64,000 nucleotides of DNA from assembly GCA_008632985.1 (NCBI GenBank), contig QPGO01000099.1:1-64000 (forward strand), in the 5' to 3' direction. Each line of letters begins with the position of its first letter. Position 1 is the first letter of the stretch. A program made the position numbers and the translations under genes. Of this stretch, positions 51,141-63,574 are shown piece after piece. Source of the DNA: Psammoneis japonica. Its lineage: Eukaryota. The notes beneath the pieces are model-generated. The model was given only the letters and a program-made list of their open reading frames with translations. It was not told where the DNA came from and did not search any database.

Positions 51141-52151
51141 TTACAGTTTCAAGGCCTGCATCTTCTGCACGAGCTCAAGCATTTTGGTTTCCATTTCCTT
51201 GGCGTCTTTCTTTGCCTGAACGTGAATCTTTTTCGCTGCGACTTCCCTGAGTCCACGTTGGAGCTTGAGACGATTCACCATTCCTTGAAGAGAAGTGCTG
51301 CCATACTGTCGAAGTTCCTCCTGGAGCTTGAGGTGGCGATTCATTACTTCGATTTTGCGTTCACGTTGGAGCTTGAGACGATTCACCATTCCTTGAAGAG
51401 AAGTGCTGCCATACTGTCGTAGTTCCTCCTGGAGCTTGAGGTGGCGATTCAATGCTTCGATTTTGCGTTCACGTTGGAGCTTGAGACGATTCACCATTCC
51501 TTGAAGAGAAGTGCTGCCATACTGTCGTAGTTCCTCCTGGAGCTTGAGGTGGCGATTCAATACTTCGATTTTGCGTTCACGTTGGAGCTTGAGACGATTC
51601 ACCATTCCTTGAAGAGAAGTGCTGCCATACTGTCGTAGTTCCTCCTGGAGCTTGAGGTGGCGATTCAATATTTCGATTTTGCGTTCACGTTGGAGCTTGA
51701 GACGATTCACCATTCCTTGAAGAGAAGTGCTGCCATACTGTCGTAGTTCCTCCTGAAGCTTGATGTGGCGATTCAATATTTCGATTTTGCGTTCACGTTG
51801 GAGCTTGGTCGCAAGATTCTCTTTCAAAAACCAACCTCGGATGACGGTGTAAATGGTAGAAAGGACGGGAAGGCGAATGGTCGCACTGGTCTTTTTCAAA
51901 AACCAAACTCGGATGACAGCATGAACAGTAGAAAGAACGGGAAGGCGAATGGATAGACCCTTCATGAAGAACGCTTTTACTTTTGAGATTTTCGAAACGA
52001 CGCGTCGGAAAATCAAGAAAACAAGGACGGCCAAGCTCTTCGTCAAAACGAAGACGCAGAACAAATCGAGAGGGATTTCCATGCCAATAGAAGCAACAAG
52101 AACAGCCATAATGGCGAGCTTGAGCATATCGAAGAGAAGGTAAGCAGTCAT
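51141..52151 (-). CDS. Hypothetical membrane-anchored coiled-coil protein with five 36-aa tandem repeats
   Basis: Open frame with hydrophobic N-terminal segments, a 22-aa duplication, then (KLQRERKIExLNRHLKLQEELRQYGSTSLQGMVNRL)x5. Start taken at ATG 52151; the frame is open further upstream. Confidence 0.6.
   Translation of the reverse strand: MTAYLLFDMLKLAIMAVLVASIGMEIPLDLFCVFVLTKSLAVLVFLIFRRVVSKISKVKAFFMKGLSIRLPVLSTVHAVIRVWFLKKTSATIRLPVLSTIYTVIRGWFLKENLATKLQRERKIEILNRHIKLQEELRQYGSTSLQGMVNRLKLQRERKIEILNRHLKLQEELRQYGSTSLQGMVNRLKLQRERKIEVLNRHLKLQEELRQYGSTSLQGMVNRLKLQRERKIEALNRHLKLQEELRQYGSTSLQGMVNRLKLQRERKIEVMNRHLKLQEELRQYGSTSLQGMVNRLKLQRGLREVAAKKIHVQAKKDAKEMETKMLELVQKMQALKL
51255..51806. repeat. 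108-bp near-perfect tandem repeat, ~5 copies
   Basis: cgttggagcttgagacgattcaccattccttgaagagaagtgctgccatactgtcg repeats with period 108. Confidence 0.95.
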
Positions 52152-53644
52152 GGTGACAATACTTGCTCTATCGATCACAACAACAGAGAAAGTGAGACGA
52201 TTTGTGTTATCAGCGTGGATCGAGAGGAGAATCCGTGTTGGTTTGACGTCCGTTCTATTTAAAGAACATATGTCTATGTATATATATATAATTCCAGTGT
52301 CTAAACCATGCTCATTGGCCACGATTGCTCTCAGTTTGCCGAAAATTGAGAATATCAATATCCAAGAACTAATATATATATTTAACACACAAACTACACT
52401 CGTCTGATAGTACTGGGACTGAGTTCCTTCGATTTTGGTCGAATCAGTCAAACGCCCTTTCGTACTGCCTCGCTCGGTTTTGGAGTTCAGAAAAAATCAG
52501 TTCAATCATCGGCCTCACCTTTGCCATTGGATAGTTTCAGCATGCCGTCAGCAAACTTCTTATCATCTGGCAGCAATTCCCATTCCTTTCGTCCCTCGTC
52601 TGCATTGCAGAAGGGGTGTTCCAAGATGAGGCGGTTGCTGCAGAGAAACAATCCTCGGTGTCGAAACGCAGTCGACACATCACTCATCACACTCCTTGTC
52701 TCCGCAACCAAGAAGGCTCACCCCATGTCCATGCAAAGTGACGTCGTAACTGATGAAAGCGCCCAGTCTTTGGCTTCAACTCTGCCAAAGTCGAGGTCCC
52801 TTCGTTCGCCTTGAGTGTCGACGAGTGACCGAGCACTCTTCATGCCGTGATGGCATCCTTTTCATCCGAAGCACAATCAGTGAGCAGCCAATTGGTTTCT
52901 TTCACGAGAACCACACAACATGCTGGATGCATCCAGTCTGAGACCTCTCATTTCTCATTTTTTTTCGCGAGGATGTGATGATGACGAGCGGCGAGAAACA
53001 TGACAATCGACCGCAGAGAATGCTCGACCACTGCTGTTCTTCATCAAAACGAATTGACATCCCTTCCATCCTTTCCATCTTTTCTGTTTGGTGGTGATAA
53101 CTCAACAAATTCTCGATGTTAATGCCACAGCGACGCAGCACCTTTTTCTCCGGATCGAGGCATCGATGGAGACAACTTGCGCCTCCAGCATGCCCGTCCA
53201 ACGAGCATGGTCTTGGGTTGATCTGATCAGAGGATGGCACGTCCGAGCGAGCCAATGACAGATGACCTCTGTCTTTCTGACTGCGACCGGTCAAACGTCG
53301 GTTTTTCACTTTCTCACTTTTCCAGCTATTTTGGCCCGCTATCATTTGATGAAGAGAAGCCCGTGTTCGTTTGACATCCGTTCTGCACGAAACACATTGT
53401 GTGAGACCTTGCCAAGTGGAGCATTCTGTCATTCCCAACGCCAATGGCATTTGATTCCGCCGGGAGTCGATTCTGCGGCACATTTCAATTGCACGATTGC
53501 ACTTCTGTCACCCGGCTTGGAATGAAGTTTTTGCACCGCAATGGGGGTGTGGTCGGGATTTTGTCAGAGTTGGTTGAGGGCGTCCGTCGCGATGGCACAA
53601 ATGTGAGCTTCCTCTGTTATAAGATTTGGCATGCTGGTCATCTT

Positions 53645-55788
53645 CTAGTGCTCCACCGTGCGCTTGTGTAAGTGAAGGTGATGCTCAGCTGCGGCGGAGC
53701 TTGCTGTGTTTTGTGAAATGTCTGCTGAATGTAATTGCTTTAGATAAAAAGCCGAGCTTGCATGGACTGTCCCTCCCCCATTTGGTTGGTGAATCTTGAA
53801 TTCAGCCACATGACACCCAACGCCTCCAAGCGCAGCCGGATTCTCAAGTTTAAATGCCCAATTTCCTTTCTTGTTGACAAATCGCGTGTTGCCGCCCGTC
53901 AAACCAGTGTCCTCGACCTCGTTTCCGTCGCCTGCAAACTTCACGATCCACGCCAACTCAGGCTCCAGTCCACTGCTCAACACAGCATCCGCAACCACTT
54001 CGTTCTTGCAGTCATTCAGAAGAATCTTGAGAAAAAGCCTCGAAGATGTGCTTTTGGCGGCTTTTCTCTTCAGGTTCGATGGGCAAGAGAAATTGTATCT
54101 CGGTTTTGAGCGAGTTCTCACGCTGCCCATGGGTCTCTTTGTTGTGACAACCAGCTGGTTTTGCGGACAAGTGTCACAGGCATCGCCGACACCATTTTTG
54201 TCAAAGTCAGCCTGGTCTGCATTTGGAACCAGCGGGCAGTTGTCCAGGTTGTCGGGCACACCGTCATCATCACTGTCGCCATCGCCTTGCGTCAACTCCA
54301 TCACGAAAAGCTGACGATCTTCTAAATTTCCATTGACTGATGCCGCAAAGAACAGCTTGCCATCCGCCGCCATCAAATCAAATGGACAAGAGCTCCCTGT
54401 GCCCAAATTGACATCCTTTGCAATTTCAGTTGCGCCACTGATGGGATCGTGCATCCACAGCTCAGATCCACGCATTCCATCATCTGCGCTAAAGTGCAGC
54501 TTTCCATTCAACTCCATCAAAGAATCTGGCAGTGAACCTGAAGGACCAGGATTGATGTCCTTTGCCCTTTCCACAGTGTCACTCAATGGATCATAAACCC
54601 ACGGCTCGAAATCATTGAAGTCATCAGCAGCTCTGAAACACAGCTTTCCATCAATTGGAGTGAAACGCGACGGAATTGAACCCCTGCGACGATTGAGATC
54701 CCTTGTCATTTCCGTTGTGTTGCTCACTGGGTCATGTGCCCAGAGCTCCTCTCCATGCCTCTTGTCGTTAGCGCGAAAGTGCAACTTTCCATCCACTGGT
54801 GCAAGTTCCGATGGTTGGGAGAATCCCTTTGACCTGGGTTGATGTCACTTGGCATTTCTGTTGTGCGAGTCAAGGGATCGTGCACCCAAAGCTCTTCTCC
54901 GTGAGTTCTGTCATCTGCTGCAAAGTGCATCTTTCCTTCCATGGGCGTCATTTCGCCTCGACAACAACGTGAAGCACCGGGGCTGATTTCCTTTGTGATC
55001 TCCGTCGTTTGACTCAAGGGATCGTGGATCCAAAGACTTCCGGCATTCTTTCCCTCACCAACTGAGAAATGGAGCATTCCCTCAAAAGGCGTCAAGTCCG
55101 ATGGACGCGAAAATGAATGCCTGCCACCTGGCTGGAGATTGGCTGCCATTTCTGTTGCATCACTTGACGGATCGTGAACCCACAGCTCATTTCCGTGCAT
55201 CCCATCATTGGCGCTGAAAAACAACTTTCCATCCATTTCTGCAAAACTCTGTGGAGATGATCTCTTGGGACCGGGAGCGATGTCCTTTGCAATTTCCGTT
55301 GTCACACTCAATGGATCATGTGCCCAAAGCTCCGAACCATGCTTCTTGTTTTCAGCAGTGAAGCGCAGCTTTCCACTGAATGTTGTCAAGGGGAGTGGGT
55401 GCAAACCTTTGATGCCGGGATTGATGTCCTTCACCATTTCGGTCATGTGGCTCTCTGAGCCATGCACCCACAGCTCCATGCCATGCGTTCCATCATCGCA
55501 ACAAAAGCAAAGCTTTCCCTCCATTGGCGTGGTTCCATCATGCAGTGATGTTGGCGCCACATCAGCTGCTTTGCGGACCGTGTGTGTGTGGGATGAAAGA
55601 CAACGATCCACCCTTGGATGCTTTGCAGTGGCCGTCTCGTTCATCTTGCTGCGCAAAGGAGAGGAGATGTTCAAAGCCGACGATGAAATCGTTTCATCCG
55701 TGTTCAGGTTTCCTCGAAGAATTTGCGTCGTCGCCTCGGCATTGCAGAAGCAAAGGAGAAGATGAGATGACCAGCTCAATCTCATCAT
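53645..55788 (-). pseudogene. Secreted ELWxxDGT-like repeat (beta-propeller) protein with a thrombospondin type-3 repeat; frameshifted and TpA-converted
   Basis: Signal-like MMRLSWSSHLLLCFCNAEA; ~9 repeats GKLxFxADDGxHGxELWxxDP...[41 protein letters not shown]. Frameshift near 54825. Confidence 0.8.
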
Positions 55789-56379
55789 GACTTTCTCTTC
55801 TTGAGTGGTCAAAGCTTTCGGAAATGTTGCTCGGAAAATGTGGTGTTGTGTTGTGACAAAACTTCGAAGGTGCAGTGTTTTGCAAAGCAGCGAGACAGGA
55901 ATGTCGTGAGTGCTGTGCAGCTGTGAATTCTCGTTTTCAGTTTGGAAGTTGAAGTGTGAGTCTTTTGGTGTTTGTGGGCAACAATGACTGGTTGTTCGAT
56001 TCGCTTTTTTTCTAACAGAAAAATGACTGTCACAAAGTGAACAGTTGAATCTTGGTCGTGGGATCTTGTGCGATGCAACATCGGAAATGTCCGCGTCATT
56101 TTTGTTGGTGGCGGAATTCATTGAAAATCTGCTGAATCAGCGGTGTCGTGCTTGGCTCTCCAATCAGTTGTCGTGTCGTTGAGAATGGAGCAACTGACCC
56201 AGCATGTCTCTTGGTCCACTGGCCCCTGGGTCTGTTGCTTGTGAACCATGTTGCCGTGCTTTCAAAGGACAATGAAAACTTGGAAAAACTGGAAACATGC
56301 ATTTTTGCCAACCTGGTCTTTGCGCTGCTGGGGTCAGACATGTGGCAGCGCCCTTTTCATTGCTGCGCACAAAGAAAGC

Positions 56380-56672
56380 TTTCTGGACAGACTTGCAAAG
56401 CAAACTTGTGATCACCTCACTTTGTTCTGACTTGTTGTTGGCTCTCTTTCTGCAGGTGTTTCTTTCATCCCAGATTGCTCACACATCTTGCATCATCTGA
56501 GTTTTCCATTGTTTTTCCTTTGTCTTTGCAGCACAAACAGATGGCTCTCTGGACAGACTTGCAAAGCATGCCACTTGTGATCCTCTCACTTTGTTTTGAT
56601 TTGTTGTTTGCTCTCTTTCTGCACATGTTTCTTTCATCCCAGATTGCGCACACATCTCACATCTGAGTTTTC
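56380..56672. repeat. Local direct repeat, period ~167 bp
   Basis: tctggacagacttgcaaagca...tctttcatcccagattgc occurs twice. Confidence 0.8.
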
Positions 56673-59654
56673 CGCAGCTTGCTTTTTGTTTTCTCTTCTG
56701 CCACTTGGCGGCAATGCAGAAATGCCAGCAACTTTTTTGAGGATTTGTGAAGCTCTTCTAAAGATGCTTTTGAAACACCCCACAAAAAGCACAAGCTGAC
56801 TCAAAGATCATCTTGATCTTGAGATTTGATGAGTCACATGAGACACAGCAGCCACGACAACCTTGCGCGCAGGGAAGCTGTCAAACATCTGTTGCAGGTT
56901 GGGCAGAGCTGAGTGAGCTGGAGGAAAAGGAACCCACCTTGCTGTCATCCAAGTGACAGCCAAATGCACTCCAGCTCTAGAGCGGGCCATGTCCCAGCCC
57001 CCCAAGTGTAGAGCCCAGGAGCTGCTGATTGTGTTTTCACACCATGCCTGGCAGGAACAAGCGAGCAACTTCTTTTTGGCCACCCCAACTTTTGCTCCTG
57101 GCCTGCTCCAGCTCCAGGTGATGTGAACAGGCTCAACTCCCACCACTGGCCCATTTTTGCAGCTCAGCACATTGGACACATTTTCCCATCAAAGGACAAG
57201 TGCTGTGTGCACAAAGCTTTTGTTTTTTTGTGTGCACCCACCTTTCGATTTTCAAAACAACCAAATTTGAAGAAGTTCATGGTGCCAAACTGCGCACAGA
57301 AAAATGGCCTCTTGCATGATGGGGGATTGCACATCATCACCTGCTAGACTGGAGCTGGATGAGGCCTCCTGTCTGTGAGAGCAAAGAATGGGCTGTTGCA
57401 CAACTCTCTGGGTCTCGCAGTCAAGTGGGGAATGTGACAAACCAGCTGCCACTCTGTTGCTGCTCATGTCTTGCCATGGGTGGTGATGTTTGAGAGCCAA
57501 ACTTGTTGCTCTCCCTTGTTTTTTTTGTGGGTGGTGATGAAACAGAGCCAGAAATCTGAGTCATCGAGGCACTGTGTTCATTCTTCCCTGTCTGCAGTGT
57601 CACGACTCAAGACTCAACCCCTTTCCCAAAAGTGTGGAGGACACCACTTGCTTTGTGGTCATTCTGCCAAGAAATGGCTGGCACCACATGGCTCTTGCAT
57701 TGACAGAGGTGTTTCACATGTTCTGCTCAGATTCTTTTGGGAGACTTGCCCCCATCAAACAGACTCAAGTCACAAAGATTCTTGTGCTGAAAGCAGTGTG
57801 ACATGAAAAGCAAAGAGGGGGGCCTTGCTGGGGCAGAAGAGAAGTCACAGCTTGGCCCACTTGCTGGGATGAGCTGGTTGTTTGTTTTGCAATGGGCTCA
57901 ACTTAGACACCCAAGCAGTTGAGAGAAGCAAACTCCAGGTGCAGTTTTGGCATGAAGTGGCCAGCTTCTCAAGGATTTTCATTCACCCAGTTTGTGTTGT
58001 GGCGTGGGTGCTGTGTGGACAGCAGCTGCAGCTTGGGGGGCAGTGCCAGGTGGCAACTGAGACACACCAGCTTGCTCTTAGAAAGAGCTGCAGTTGCAAA
58101 TCAACAAAGCTGGACAGCAGTTCCCAGAAGTGGGCCTCTTGATGCTGGCTGTTGCTGAGCTGTTTTGCACATGAAGAAAAACAACAAGAGAGCTCATTTC
58201 CAGCTGCTGGCAGGGCTGGGTTTGCAAGTGAAAGGAGGGGTCATGCTGCAAACTGGCGTGGGCAAAGTTGCTGGAGATGACTCAAACTGGGGTCATTTGC
58301 ATGATCTTGAAAAAGAGGACAGGAGCACTGGATCAAATGAAGACAAAAAAGGCACTGCAAAGGCAAGGGCACCATGCTCCAGCTGTGCCCCTGCAAATGG
58401 GCTTTGTTGTTGTTGCTGTGTTTCTGTCTTTTGCTTGTCATCAAAGTTTGGCATGCATTGTTGAAGCTGATGATTTGAACAAGGTGCTGAAGCAACACAA
58501 GCATGGAGTGTGTGCATGGAAGTGGGCCACATTGCAAAGGAGTTTTTGGCAATGCAGAGCAGCAGAACCCTGTGCAATTTAAAACCACACACAGATGAGT
58601 CATGGTGAGGTGTTGAAAAGTGTGACAGAACAAACTGGTGGGGTGACAAACTGCAAAGCATGCTCACAGTGTGCAAGCACAAAGTTCTTTTTCTGTGTGC
58701 TGCATTTTTGCGGCACTGGCCAGAGGACCGTGGCCAGGTCTCTTTTTGACCAGGCTCCGGTGCTTCCATCTTGACATCTCAAGCTTTGCTTTTGATGGGG
58801 GGTGGAGGTTCCAACGTTTGTGCCATTGGCTGCAGGCACCCTGTGGCCTGTCATTGTTTTGTCTTTCGCTGGTGCCAACACAGTGGCAGGGATTGTGTTG
58901 ATCATGATCGCAGCACATGCACATGAGTGAATGACAACAAAATTGGCAGAGCTGTTTTGGAGACACCCATGCTTTTGTGCAGTCATGTGGCATGTCACAA
59001 GCTCTTTTCTCAAATTTGGTCTCAATTTCATGATCAGTGTTCTCTGCATTGCTGAAACCATCAATCTCTTGTTCATCTTCATGCTGTGCTGGACTTGGTC
59101 CACAAAAATCAGACCCATCCAACAGGTTTGAAAAATCATTCTCCATTTGCTCCTCCTTTTGCCAACAACCAACAAGCTCCCATTTTCACAAAATTCCAAA
59201 AAACAACATCTTCTGAGAGGCCCTGAATGGCACATTGGACTGGTTCAAAATGCACCTTTCACGTGACTGCAAGATGCCTCTCCGGGTCCCTCCCCGTGAG
59301 GCGAATGACTGCTCAACCACTGGCCAAACCATGAGAACGCACAGCCAGCATCCATTGAGTGTCAGTTTCTCTCTTCAGGTCTCTGCTTTTCTTGCTTGAA
59401 TGCAAGGAGCAACATGAGCAACAACTCACAGCCATGTTCCTTGTTTCCAGCAGAGAGCAGAAGAAAAGAAGCCATGCTTTCAAAGGACAACAAAAACACA
59501 GAACAGCTGGACATGCATTTTGCCAATCTGATCTTTGTGTCAGCCACTGGGCAGTGTCCCTCTTTCTTCATTGCACAACAGAGGTTTTTTGGAGACAGAG
59601 GACTTTTGAAGTGCACTTGCAAGCATCTCATTTGTTGTTGGTGTTCTTTCTGTG

Positions 59655-60012
59655 AGCATTTCTTTCATTGTGGAATGTGCACATCTGAGTTCCATGGCTT
59701 CCTTTGTTTTCACTTTCACACTCACCTGGCAATGCATCAACAACTTTTTTTGGAAGTTTTCACAAAGCTCTTCCAAAAAGGATGCAATTTAGACACCCTG
59801 CCAAAAACACAAGTCTTTGCCAAGATCATCTGTGATGAGCATTTCTTTCATTGTGGAGTGTGCGCACATCTGAGCTCCATGGCTTCCTTTGTTTTCACTT
59901 TCACACTCACCTGGCAATGCATCAACAACTTTTTTTTGGAAGATTTCACAAAGCTCTTCCAAAAAGGATGCATTTGAGACAGCCCACCAAAAACACAAGT
60001 CTTTGCCAAGAT
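59655..60012. repeat. Tandem duplication of ~181 bp
   Basis: gagcatttctttcattgtgga...ccaaaaacacaagtctttgccaagat occurs twice. Confidence 0.9.
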
Positions 60013-61234
60013 TGTTTTGATCTTGCCCAATGACAAATTGTTGCCGCTGGGACCTTGTTTGCAAGGAAGCTCACAAGCATCTGTGTGGGAGGTTGGTGGG
60101 TGCTGGCTGCCAAGCAGCAAGCTGCTGGAGGACAAGGAAACCCACCTTGTCATCATCCAAGTTTGGTGGTGGGTGGGTGGACCCAGCTTCAAACCTCAAA
60201 AATCATGGACTGTGTGCTCTGGCCCCTCAAGTGTGGAGCCCAGAGGAGCTGCACATGCGCTCTTGCTTTGCACTCTTTTGTGTGCCACCTGGCATGTTCT
60301 CAGCTCCTGGTGCCATGGATGATGAGCATGACATCCTGAGATGCAACCCCAGCTTTCATTCCTGTCTGTGGGAATGAAAAAAAGAGTTGGTGCTGCCAGG
60401 TCATGGCAAAGTGGGAATCTGATGAAACGACGGTTTGCTCAACTCAATTGCTCTCAAGCTGCACACCAACAAATGATTCCATCTGTTCTTTTTCTTTGGA
60501 TGACAAAACAGACAAGTTAGAAAACAGGGTGGCTGAGGTGCAACAACTTTTTTCCACTGCCCCCATTGTTCCATTGTGCGATGCAGAGCATCGCCGCTGT
60601 CGATCTCTCTTGCTTCCTGGGCAGTGTTTTTGCAGAGGAAGGTGCCACCTGTGCTTTCTCATCATTCTGCTAAGAATTGACTGGTGTGACATGGCATTGA
60701 TTGAGGATCATGTTGAGGAGAAATTTTCTTGGGGACAAGTGTGCCAAAGGTGAGTTGGCAGCGAGGTGTCACCTGTGCTGAGGAGGAGCTTGTTCTTTTT
60801 GGGCCCCACATTTGCCACTCTCTGCTCCAAAGTTGTTGCCTGAGTTTATTTTAGTTTTGTGTTTGCTGCTCTGCTCCAAAGTCATCACTGCCTAAGTTCA
60901 TTTTAGTTTTGCGCTTGCTGCTCTGCTCCAAAGCCATTGTCACAAACATTTCAAACGAAAAAGCGTGATTGGTCGACAAGGTTCACAACATGTTCTGCGC
61001 GCTCAGATTCATTGGGGGGCCTCACCCCCAACAAACAGACGCAAAGACACACAAAGGTTGCAAGTCAGACGCAGCGATAGCGGCGACAGGCCATGGCGTT
61101 CGGCGCTGGTACTTGCGAGATTGTCTGATTGAGTTCAATCATACTACAGTTAGTCAACCTATAGCAGCTTGTGAAAATCTCCAAGAGGCAAGAGGATTAT
61201 TTCACTGATCCGTTTATAGATATATATCCAAGAC

Positions 61235-63310
61235 ATGTTGCGACACGTTCTCTCATCATCTGTAAAGAAGCGGTGTGTTTTGTTTCTAGACGACTCGTTT
61301 CCTCTTCCAATAAGAGCGTCGGTGACGAGTCTCTGACATCAACACAGTACAAGACAATATCGTGGTATCAAGCAAATAAGTCTCATGTATGGATTGCGGG
61401 TGTTGCTTTACTTACGGGGTATGGATTGGGGCGAGCTCAGTCACGTGATGATAGTCTCGAGTCACATCATGCACACCGTGTGTTACCCGATGGACTGCCC
61501 CGTACGTGTTGTGAAGAACCACAAAAATTAACAAACGCACAAGAAGAGTTACCAACCCAACTTGCAAATATTGTGGGAACCAAAAATGTGTTGGATGGAC
61601 GTACTTCTCTAAAATACCTCAAGGGCGCTCGACTGGGACATGGAGAGGCACTCTGTGTGGTGACGCCCGAAATGTTGGAAGACGTGGTCAAGTGTGTACA
61701 AGCCATTGTGGATGCGGATTGTACATACTTCCTCAGGGTAGTAATACAGGCCTGACGGGAGGATCTGTGCCACGCTCAACGCCATCATCGAGGCCCGTGG
61801 TTGTGGTGAATATGAAGAAACTCGATACGATCTTTCCCATTGACAATGGCAAACGCGTCGTGTGTTTGGGTGGAGCCGGCTTGGCGACACTGGCATCCAA
61901 GATTCAATTGTGGTTTCCAGATCGCGAATCACATTCCGTGTTGGGGAGTACCTTTTGAATCCCACCACGGCGGCTGGCGTTTCGTTCGGCTCTGGTGGGA
62001 CGCAGCTTCGCAAGGGATCGGCTTTTACGGATCGAGCCATGTATATTACCGTGAATCGAAACAAGTGGGGTGAAAATGTTGTATCCGTTGTCAATACGTT
62101 GGGTATTCATGGTATTGAAGATGAAGACTTTCCGTTTAATTGTGGAAAAGCAATTCAGCATTTGGATGCCTACCAACAAGACGTGCGGGAGGGTTACGAA
62201 CGAGCCATGGGGAAAAGTTCCGACAGTATTCACGGTCAAGCCAAGGCTAGTGATGTGGGTTATGCCAAGCGACTTTGTGACAAAAATAAAAGTGATCAAG
62301 TGGCTCGATACAATGCCGATACTCGAGGATGTGATTGCAATCGATCCGAAGGAAAAGTGCTGATTCTAGCCACGGTTCACGATACCTTTCCTCGTCCCGT
62401 CGAAAAGAAATCGTTTTGGATTTCTTTTTGTGATTTAGAAACAGCACTGGCGTTTCGAAGAGAAGTGTGTCTAGAAAATGAAAAGGATTTGCCGATTAGT
62501 TTGGAGTACATGGATCGGGATTCATTTGATGTGATTGATCGTTCTGGCAGAATTGTTGCCAATTTAATAAAGTTGGTTGGCACCGAGAGCCCCGTGGTGA
62601 GCAAATTGTGGGCTCTCAAGTTGTGGTTTGAAGGCTTGCCGATAAGTGGCGCTCCGTTGTTTTGTGATAAAGTCCTACACGGACTCAACCCATGGGTTCC
62701 AGCCGTTTTGCCGTCTCGAATGATGGATGCAGGTCGACAAATGGACCATCACGTGGCCATGACGGTTGGCGAGTTTGGAGACGGCAACATGGAACGTGTG
62801 TTAAATCGATTGCAAACCTTTGCATCTGCTCACGGTAAAGACAAGATTTCCGTTCATGAGTGTCGCTCTGCGGGAGAAGCAGCCAGTTTGACAGCCTTTC
62901 GATTTGTGGCTGCGCCAGCGTTTCGAACATGGTGTGTTGGCGAAGGAGTGCAGGGGTTCAGTGTGGACTATGCACTCCCAAAGAATAATGGAACTGCTCC
63001 AACATTGAATTCATCACTTTCTGCAAAGCCATTAAAGCGTATGCGATACTCGCACTTTGGATGCAATGTTGTTCACGAGGACTTGGCGTACGGACCCGAG
63101 GTTGATGTACAAGAGGCAAAAATGGCACTCAAGGAAACGGTCGAGGCTCAAAATCGAGGAAAGCTTCCCGCGGAACATGGGCATGGGACAGAATACCGTG
63201 CGCCTAAGGCCACACAGGAGCGTTGGAAACGCATGGACCCTCTGAATGTAATGAACCCGGGCATTGGCGGACTCTCTCGTGGATTTCAGTACAAGGACGA
63301 GCATGACTAG
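61235..63310 (+). CDS. dld: FAD/quinone-dependent D-lactate dehydrogenase (bacterial Dld-like) with mitochondrial-type presequence
   Basis: ILPQGSNTGLTGGSVPR, EYMDRDSFD, YSHFGCNVVHED, AEHGHG, DPLNVMNPGIG. N-terminus MLRHVLSSSVKKRC..SRRLVSS followed by a TM segment. Three apparent 1-bp deletions (~61280, ~61724, ~61953). Confidence 0.85.
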
Positions 63311-63574
63311 CTAGTGGTCGATAGCCTACGGTCAGTAGTTTCGACAAGATCATCTTGTAACAAGAACACGGATTCCCTTCAGTACAGTAGTAATGCCGTC
63401 TTCAACTTTGACTGTTGGATGGTGTGGTCTCCTGTGAGGTTTCTTGTAGTGATTGGTGGAACCAAAGATCCGAATCTGACGCCATTCAGCAGCAACACCG
63501 ACGATATCAAAGAACATTATCGAATTATAAAGAGCAAACATACATAGTTAATTTCAAAGAGACTGTTTTCATTT

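Noticed and set aside
51255..51806. Possible CRISPR-like array
   Set aside because: Contiguous 108-bp in-frame units with no unique spacers, no cas genes, and a eukaryotic context.
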